From the NCBI GenBank assembly GCA_045612805.1, contig JAZKZR010000007.1, forward strand, positions 20,591-84,590: a DNA stretch of 64,000 bases, written 5' to 3'. Shown piece by piece: positions 57,657 through 64,000 of this stretch (the first letter of the stretch is position 1; every line of letters begins with the position of its first letter). The notes beneath the pieces were generated by a model. That model was not told the DNA's origin. It ran no database searches and saw nothing but the letters and a program-made list of their open reading frames with translations. A program made the translations under genes and the position numbers. This DNA comes from Candidatus Enterousia sp. (lineage in GTDB: Bacteria > Pseudomonadota > Alphaproteobacteria > Rs-D84).

Positions 57657-57673
57657 TGGTTAATGTTAGTGCT

Positions 57674-57731
57674 AGTGGTTAGTGAACCGGCGATATCATC
57701 GCCGGTTTTTTCATATTGTTCACTAACCACT
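57674..57731 (+). terminator. Nested inverted repeat containing the skp terminator
   Basis: Outer AGTGGTTAGTGAAC (57674-57687) / GTTCACTAACCACT (57718-57731); inner ACCGGCGAT/ATCGCCGGT followed by a T tract. Confidence 0.7.
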
Positions 57732-57780
57732 TATATCTAATTTCCCTTTTCTTTTTTAAATTTTTTATTATAATGCGGGC

Positions 57781-58824
57781 ATGTTGAAAAAAATTAGATC
57801 TTTGATTGGGCCACGCGCGACCAAGATAACGGCCGGCGAATTGGCGAAAATGTTTGATTTGGAACTGCGCGGGAATCCTGACGCCGTCATATCGGGTGTT
57901 GCACCAATTGCGGATGCGCGCGCGGGTCAGATTGCGTTTTATTCGACCGAACAAAACAGCAACGCTTTCAAAATTTTACCTATATCCGTGTTGGAAAATA
58001 CGCGCGCAAGTGTAATTTTATTACAACCGGAAATGGCATCGCATGCGCCAAATGGTGCGACACTTTTGGTATGCGCTCATCCGCGCGGCGAAATCGTAAA
58101 GATTCTTGGGGTGGTGTATCGCGAACCGCCACGGCGCGGTGTGTCGTCTGATGCGGTTATTGAACGCGGCGTGTTTTTCCGCAATCGGCGCAGTGTTTAT
58201 GTCGGGCAATTTGCAACAATTGAACGCGGCACGGTAATTGAACCGGATGTGAAAATTTATCCAAATGTTTATATCGGGCGCAATGTGACAATCGGGCGCG
58301 GCACGGTTATCCATTCGGGTGCGCATATTGAAAACGCGACAATCGGTGCGGATTGCGTAATCCACAACGGCGCATCAATTGGCAAGGACGGGTTCGGATA
58401 TACCCGCCAAGACGGCCACAATGTCTTTATTCCGCACGTCGGCCGCGTGGTTATCGGTGACCGCGTGTCAATCGGTGCAAATACCTGTGTTGACCGTGGC
58501 GCACTTACCGATACAATGATTGGTGACGGAACGAAAATCGATAACCTTTGCCAAATTGCGCATGGCGTGGTTATTGGGCGCGAATGCTTTTTGGCGGGCG
58601 GCGTTGGAATCGCCGGCGGCGTAAAGGTTGGCGACCGCGTATTGCTTGCGGGGCATGTCGGTATCGCGAACGGGGTCAAAATTGGTAACGATGCCGAAGT
58701 TGGCGCGAACAGTGGCGTTTTCCGCGATATTCCCGACGGCGGGCGCCACATGGGATACCCGGCGATGCCGGGAACGGAATTCTTGCGCCACTATGCGTGG
58801 GTAAAAAAACATTTGAACGATTAA
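57781..58824 (+). CDS. lpxD: UDP-3-O-acyl-glucosamine N-acyltransferase LpxD-like
   Basis: Hexapeptide repeats, [38 protein letters not shown]. Confidence 0.92.
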   Translation: MLKKIRSLIGPRATKITAGELAKMFDLELRGNPDAVISGVAPIADARAGQIAFYSTEQNSNAFKILPISVLENTRASVILLQPEMASHAPNGATLLVCAHPRGEIVKILGVVYREPPRRGVSSDAVIERGVFFRNRRSVYVGQFATIERGTVIEPDVKIYPNVYIGRNVTIGRGTVIHSGAHIENATIGADCVIHNGASIGKDGFGYTRQDGHNVFIPHVGRVVIGDRVSIGANTCVDRGALTDTMIGDGTKIDNLCQIAHGVVIGRECFLAGGVGIAGGVKVGDRVLLAGHVGIANGVKIGNDAEVGANSGVFRDIPDGGRHMGYPAMPGTEFLRHYAWVKKHLND

Positions 58825-58840
58825 ATCAAAAGGGAACAAA

Positions 58841-59281
58841 ATGGTTGATGCAACGGGTATAGAACGCGTAATTCCGCACCGCGGACATATGCGCCTGGTC
58901 GATGAAATTCGCGAATTCACGGATAAAACCGCGACGGGCATAAAGTATGTCCGTGACGACGAATTTTGGTGCGCGGGACATTTCCCGGCGAAATCAATCA
59001 TGCCCGGCGTTTTGATAGTAGAGGCATTGGCGCAAACCGCATGCTTTACGATACTGAACGCAATCGGCAATAACGGCGGTAAAGCGCTCGGCTATTTCGT
59101 CACAATCGAAAATGCAAAATTTACACAAATGGTCACCCCGGGCGACATATTGGAATTAAAGATAGAAGAAGTTGGCGCGAAAATGAAACTGCATAAATTC
59201 GTTGGAAACGCGTTTGTAGATGGCAAACGTGTTGCAACCGCAACCTTTTCCGCCATGCTGGACAACGATCCAAAGTTTTAA
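58841..59281 (+). CDS. fabZ: 3-hydroxyacyl-ACP dehydratase FabZ
   Basis: IPHR, LVD, GHFP...MPGVLIVEALAQ, V.PGD.L. Confidence 0.95.
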   Translation: MVDATGIERVIPHRGHMRLVDEIREFTDKTATGIKYVRDDEFWCAGHFPAKSIMPGVLIVEALAQTACFTILNAIGNNGGKALGYFVTIENAKFTQMVTPGDILELKIEEVGAKMKLHKFVGNAFVDGKRVATATFSAMLDNDPKF

Positions 59282-59760
59282 ATTTCCACGCCAAAGAAAA
59301 ATTTTGCGGCTTCGCCAATAAGGAATGCACTGACGGTCACAACCCCACAGATGGTTAGCATTTCAAAAAATCGTGGCCAAAAATCTTCGTGGCACAGGCG
59401 CGATTTTACATAGTTAAAGAAAAATATAACCGATATCGCGACAACATATGTCATGCCCAATGCCAAAAAAGGATTCACAATAAATATAAACGGCACCAGC
59501 AACATTCCGGCGGTGAACACATACGCCGCACCGGTTGCCAAACCTTGCCATATTGCAAAGTCCGTGTCCCCATTTGTGCGCGCCGCCAAATATTCTGATG
59601 CCGCCATGGAAAGTCCCGCCGCAACCGATGCGATAACGCCCGTCAAAACCACCACCGAATGTTCGGCGGATGCAAACACCAATCCCGTAATCAGCCCCAG
59701 CGTCGAAACCAACGCATCATGCATACCCAAAATAATTGAACGCCAAAAATAGTTTTTCAT
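59278..59760 (-). CDS. VIT1/CCC1-family Fe/Mn transporter
   Basis: ILGMHDALVSTLG, VAAGLSMAASEYL. Confidence 0.88.
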   Translation of the reverse strand: MKNYFWRSIILGMHDALVSTLGLITGLVFASAEHSVVVLTGVIASVAAGLSMAASEYLAARTNGDTDFAIWQGLATGAAYVFTAGMLLVPFIFIVNPFLALGMTYVVAISVIFFFNYVKSRLCHEDFWPRFFEMLTICGVVTVSAFLIGEAAKFFFGVEI

Positions 59761-59770
59761 ATAAAAATAA

Positions 59771-59790
59771 TACCCCGGTTACCCGGGGTA
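59771..59790. terminator. Hairpin between lpoB and the VIT1 gene
   Basis: TACCCCGG-ttac-CCGGGGTA. Confidence 0.6.
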
Positions 59791-59814
59791 AATACACAAG
59801 AACAAATTCCGAAT

Positions 59815-60432
59815 TTACCATGTTGGCGCATGGTCGCCTTCTTTGACAATTGGGCGTTCGTCTTCCCACACGGAAAGTCCGGTTTTGATATCGGTAAGTG
59901 TCATCTGTAAATAGTATTCTACACGCGAATCAACCGATGAAAACCACCCCGATTGCAATTTCATATTGCGTTGAATCATTTTCCCCGAAAGTGACATATT
60001 CGGCGCAACCAATGTTCCCTTGCTTACAATTGTTGACCCATCATATTCATCATCGTCGCGTGCCGCACGCACCGCATAGGTCGATGTATCTTCGAACGGG
60101 GCGTTATTTTCAAATGCGGTTGAAACCGCCGCCCGACCGGAATTGATAAGTGTCATACGAATTTTTTTAACCAAAATATCCGTGTCAAACCGTTGCATGG
60201 TGTCGTTCTTGATTTCGCCGATTCCAATAACCGGATTTTTTATGCGCGCGAACACATTACTTGCCAACATAGATTTAGTCATCGCTTCGGCCGTTTCGGT
60301 CCAATCGCGATATTCCAATTCCATCACATGCTGCATATCGGCAACTTCCTTTTCATCGTTCAAATCAACAACGCGCACTTCGCCACATCCAACCAGCGCA
60401 GCACAGAGCGCAATCGGTAACAGTTTTTTCAT
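59815..60432 (-). CDS. lpoB: Penicillin-binding protein activator LpoB-like lipoprotein
   Basis: Lipobox LVGC, I.N.T...FDT..L..KI...L.NSG, LSGK, YYLQMTLTDIKTGL.VW.DE..I.K. Confidence 0.8.
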   Translation of the reverse strand: MKKLLPIALCAALVGCGEVRVVDLNDEKEVADMQHVMELEYRDWTETAEAMTKSMLASNVFARIKNPVIGIGEIKNDTMQRFDTDILVKKIRMTLINSGRAAVSTAFENNAPFEDTSTYAVRAARDDDEYDGSTIVSKGTLVAPNMSLSGKMIQRNMKLQSGWFSSVDSRVEYYLQMTLTDIKTGLSVWEDERPIVKEGDHAPTW

Positions 60433-60451
60433 ATTTTCCCCCTTTGGTTTT

Positions 60452-61669
60452 TTATTTTGTTTTCATTATTTTTATATCTTGTCGACCGTCCGCCAAACGG
60501 ACATAGACCAAATAATTTCCATCGCGCGGCACATCAACCCTTGCCACAACATTACCATGCGACCGCAATTCAATCAAGCCATTATTCGTCGCACGCAATA
60601 CCGATATGGTTTTCGGCAGTGTCGCCCATGTTCGCACTTCGGCATTCGTGGTTGCTTCGGAATAAATCAAGGATAACAGCCCAAGCAACGGTGCCGCATC
60701 CGAATTCGAATTATACATCGTTGTTTGCAACGCCGTTCGCCCCGCCGCGGATGTGAACGCACGCAAAACTTCGTTCGTGTGATATTCGTTGTATTCCGTC
60801 ATGAACATTGCATCAACATTTGCGATTTGTTCCGCGCCATCAATTTTGGTTGTGTTGTCCAATAAAATCGGTTGCGATGTTGCAATCGTCACCCACGACA
60901 GCCCGTTTGACATCAACAGTGGCAAACTAAGGCGGTGTTCGGTTAGTTTCGGCGCAAACCCATCTTCGATAAAAACCCAAACCGTGTTTTTTGGTTTTTG
61001 CTTTGCGCGTGCAAGGTTCAAATCATCAACAACAAAATCATTTTCTGGCGCCATGCCATGCGCGCGTTCCAAATATGTTGTTGCATCATTAAAATCGCCC
61101 GCGGTCAAAAAATAAATGCCAGATAAATACATCAGCGCCGGATTCATAATATCACGATATGCGGTCCACTGTTCGATTTTATCGGCAATTTCCGTGTGCT
61201 TTGCGATTTCGTCCCGCGTTGATTCAATCAGTTTTTTATACGCGACCGACATATCTTGTTGTCGCGCATACGATTGGTTGATAATCACGCGCGCATCGTT
61301 CCATCGACCGTCCGCAATCGCCGCCCACAATTGATAGTAAGAAACAAACAGCGTGTCCATCATAAACGGCCGATAATCATTTGCGTTTGCGCCAAATGCA
61401 AAGTTCGCCGCTTCGCGCCAAAAATCGCCAGATGTGACATCTTTGTTTTTCTGGTTAAATTTTTCATACATCGCATCCGCGCCGGCAATATCGCCATCAT
61501 GAAACTTTTTATCGGCACCAATCAGTAAATCAAGATTTCCATCGCCGTCGGCGTGCGTGGCGGCGGTGGTCATATAATTCCCACGCACCAAATCAAGCCG
61601 CGATTCCACCGCCATACTGCACGCGGCAAGCAAAACACCGACCAATAAAAAGCGTAAAATTTTTAACAT
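60452..61669 (-). CDS. COG3014-like helical lipoprotein
   Basis: Lipobox LAAC, helical N-terminal half, VWVFIEDGFAP, RTWATLP; this family commonly neighbours lpoB. Confidence 0.65.
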   Translation of the reverse strand: MLKILRFLLVGVLLAACSMAVESRLDLVRGNYMTTAATHADGDGNLDLLIGADKKFHDGDIAGADAMYEKFNQKNKDVTSGDFWREAANFAFGANANDYRPFMMDTLFVSYYQLWAAIADGRWNDARVIINQSYARQQDMSVAYKKLIESTRDEIAKHTEIADKIEQWTAYRDIMNPALMYLSGIYFLTAGDFNDATTYLERAHGMAPENDFVVDDLNLARAKQKPKNTVWVFIEDGFAPKLTEHRLSLPLLMSNGLSWVTIATSQPILLDNTTKIDGAEQIANVDAMFMTEYNEYHTNEVLRAFTSAAGRTALQTTMYNSNSDAAPLLGLLSLIYSEATTNAEVRTWATLPKTISVLRATNNGLIELRSHGNVVARVDVPRDGNYLVYVRLADGRQDIKIMKTK

Positions 61670-61675
61670 GTGACG

Positions 61676-63922
61676 TCATTTTACCACAGGCGACAATTCT
61701 TTCAATTCATTTGTTTGCGGATTGTAATAGCGCGGATTTCCATTATATTCCAAAATCGCATGATGCATAGGAATCAAAAATTCCGGCAACGGCGACGACC
61801 GTCCCATTTTTTGGTAAGCAGACATAACAGGGTCGCTAAATGACATACGCAATTCGGCCTTTATTGGTCGATGATACCAACCTTCATATATAACAAGCGC
61901 TTCACCAGGTTTGCCGTTCACTGTTGTTTTTAACTTCATAATATCCATTTCGCTAAATAGTGGTTCTGTTTTCGGAACTTCTGTTTCTTTGCCGTCGGGA
62001 CCTTTTTCCTTTTTCATTGTTATTTTTGTTCCCATCATTTTTGAAAAACGTTCCGCGGTTTCGGGGTCATTTTGTCGCAAAACAACCTTTGCCGCGGTTG
62101 TTGATATAATTGTCGCGGCGGCATCCGGACCGTACTTTTCCTGAATCTGATGTAAATCTTGACCTATAAACATGTATGATATCTGTTGACCACGACCAAC
62201 ATCGGGCCCTTGGATAACCGCCTGCATCTTTTGCATTTTCGGCATTTCATCAAGCAAGAATAACACCGGATACGGCCCCATTTTTTCACCACTGCGTCCG
62301 ACATGTTCCGGCGGATTGGCAAGCAAGAAATTCGACATAGTTTCGATAAACATTGCGGTAATCGGGTTTAATGCCTTGGCATCAACCATATTGATGGACA
62401 GGTAAACCGTAACTGGCTTCATTTTACCATCGCGTGGGTCAATCATACCACGCATATCGGCAAAGTGAAAATCTGAATGACTGGTGCGATTACGAACGGC
62501 GGCATTGCGGAATATGGCAAGTCCGGTAAGTATCGTTGAAAGAATTGACCCGCGTTCGGTCGCCGGCGTATTTGCAAGTTTCGTAAGTTCCGCAACCGCA
62601 CGATTTGAATACGCAAATGTGCGACATTCGGCAACCGCACTTTCCAACCAATCTTTCATTGGGTCCGCCATCATAACGGTTTGGTCACCTTGCTTTTGGC
62701 GTTCCGCTAAATTCGCGGCGACGGCAATTTGCGCCTCGGTAATCCAATCCAGCATCATGGAAAACGATGCTTCTTTGCCAAGCCACATTTGCGGTATATT
62801 CGCCCACGAACCAATATGAACATAATTCATTGCGTTTAATTCGCCGTTTTTAATAAGTCCCATTGCGGCAAAGGCATTTGGGTCATTTACCATTGAAAAA
62901 TAATAATCGGATAAAACGGCGGCATCTTCGGCATCAAATGTTCCGGATTGCAACCGGCCATAAAAATAATCGTCCGCCTTGGCGCGTTCAATTTTTGAAA
63001 CAATGAATTGAATAAACCCGGCAAGCCCCGCACGCCCTGATTGTGTCCAGTGTGGGTCGGCACTGCTGCCCGTGGCATCGGGAACAAGCACATCGCAGAT
63101 ATAGTCCACATACAATTCGCGCTGTTCAATACTGAACGGTATATGCCCCGGTGAAAGCGGATTCCATGACGGATAATAAATACCTTTTTCGGGTTCGTCT
63201 TGGCCACCCCAATCCATAATAAACACCGGGCCAACTTTTTCGGCACGATAACCACTGGATATACCGTCCAATTCTGGCTTTGGGTCGTTTATAATCATTG
63301 AAACATTTTTACATTCGAAGATTGTCGGTAGCACAATTCCGTATGTTTTACCAGTCCCTGGGGGGGCCAAACATAATGCTGACAACGGCTTTGGTAACAT
63401 CAATGGTTTCTTTTTGAAATACCCAAGTACCATCATAAATCCGTCGAACAGCCCCATTGCCTTTACGTCCGCTTCGTTCGCTTCACGCGAAGATTTTTTA
63501 TCAAATTTATCTTTGCCGTGCGGGTTAAATTCGCCCTTTAATGTATCATCGACCAACAGGTAATACGCCAACACCGGAATCAGTGGCACAACACACGCAA
63601 AATCAGGGTGCATCAAACAGCGCAAAACCCAATACGGAATTTCCGCGATGACCGACAGACCCGCGCTTTGAACCATATTGATTAAATAGATTTTCATCCA
63701 ATTTGCGGTTGCCGGTGACCATCCATATCGCCACAAATGTTCGAACAAAAACGAAAAGCAAAACACCAACGCGCATATCAACCACACGCCAACCGACCAA
63801 CGCAGCGCCCAAAAAACCTGGGCCATGGGGGTTTGTTCGTGTTCTTTATACGCAGATGATTTGAATATATTCAAACCCTTGCTGTCTTTGCCCGCAGATA
63901 AAATCTTGAACTTTTGAACCAT
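61676..63922 (-). CDS. VirD4/TraG-family type IV coupling protein
   Basis: Two N-terminal TM segments, Walker A APPGTGKT, IINDPKPEL, SWNPL, DPHWTQSGR, Walker B LFLLDEM, GQDLHQIQEKYG, ETAERFSKMMG. Confidence 0.9.
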   Translation of the reverse strand: MVQKFKILSAGKDSKGLNIFKSSAYKEHEQTPMAQVFWALRWSVGVWLICALVFCFSFLFEHLWRYGWSPATANWMKIYLINMVQSAGLSVIAEIPYWVLRCLMHPDFACVVPLIPVLAYYLLVDDTLKGEFNPHGKDKFDKKSSREANEADVKAMGLFDGFMMVLGYFKKKPLMLPKPLSALCLAPPGTGKTYGIVLPTIFECKNVSMIINDPKPELDGISSGYRAEKVGPVFIMDWGGQDEPEKGIYYPSWNPLSPGHIPFSIEQRELYVDYICDVLVPDATGSSADPHWTQSGRAGLAGFIQFIVSKIERAKADDYFYGRLQSGTFDAEDAAVLSDYYFSMVNDPNAFAAMGLIKNGELNAMNYVHIGSWANIPQMWLGKEASFSMMLDWITEAQIAVAANLAERQKQGDQTVMMADPMKDWLESAVAECRTFAYSNRAVAELTKLANTPATERGSILSTILTGLAIFRNAAVRNRTSHSDFHFADMRGMIDPRDGKMKPVTVYLSINMVDAKALNPITAMFIETMSNFLLANPPEHVGRSGEKMGPYPVLFLLDEMPKMQKMQAVIQGPDVGRGQQISYMFIGQDLHQIQEKYGPDAAATIISTTAAKVVLRQNDPETAERFSKMMGTKITMKKEKGPDGKETEVPKTEPLFSEMDIMKLKTTVNGKPGEALVIYEGWYHRPIKAELRMSFSDPVMSAYQKMGRSSPLPEFLIPMHHAILEYNGNPRYYNPQTNELKELSPVVK

Positions 63923-64000
63923 CGTGCTATGATTATATCAGAAAAAACAAAAACAATAAAGCATGGAAACAAAAATTATATGAAAAACATTCCGCGCATT

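Overview
A 64 kb bacterial chromosome segment, probably from a small-genome alphaproteobacterium. This rests on an alpha-type SspB, an orphan VirD4 and a G|RSLIE-type pilin; the resemblance to uncultured gut lineages is an impression only. Most of it is densely packed housekeeping DNA: rodA-mrdA-mreD-mreC, rpmI-rplT-pheS-pheT, ileS, nth, mnmG, fabG/fabD, queH, metG, mreB, rnpA-yidD-accB-accC, sspB, recF, a TolC/MacAB-type exporter, gpsA, rsmG-parA-parB, pal, infC, xseB-mutS-truB-rpsO-pnp, dnaX, skp-lpxD-fabZ, lpoB, and four tRNAs (Thr-CGT, Val-GAC, Cys-GCA, Val-TAC). Five things stand out. (1) A textbook-like ribosome-dependent attenuator lies upstream of ileS (leader MMNKKTIIIIR with four tandem Ile codons, then antiterminator/terminator). 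A similar but weaker one lies upstream of metG (leader MKRMQI). Both leaders are below the ORF-track size cutoff. (2) An 8.7 kb AT-rich integrative element sits in the 3' end of tRNA-Val(GAC), bounded by a 16 bp direct repeat. It encodes a tyrosine integrase, an HUH Rep-like protein, a serine resolvase with a res-like site and a 1265 aa ankyrin/Cys-repeat autotransporter, and has an outward promoter facing metG. (3) A dispersed palindromic repeat family sits behind tRNA 3' ends, in two cases flanked by a duplicated terminator arm. (4) Single AT-rich ORFans with basic C-terminal tails are slotted into housekeeping operons. (5) An orphan VirD4-type coupling protein heads an apparent operon with lpoB. 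No CRISPR array, rRNA or IS element was seen. All protein calls come from motif recognition by eye; no database search was run.
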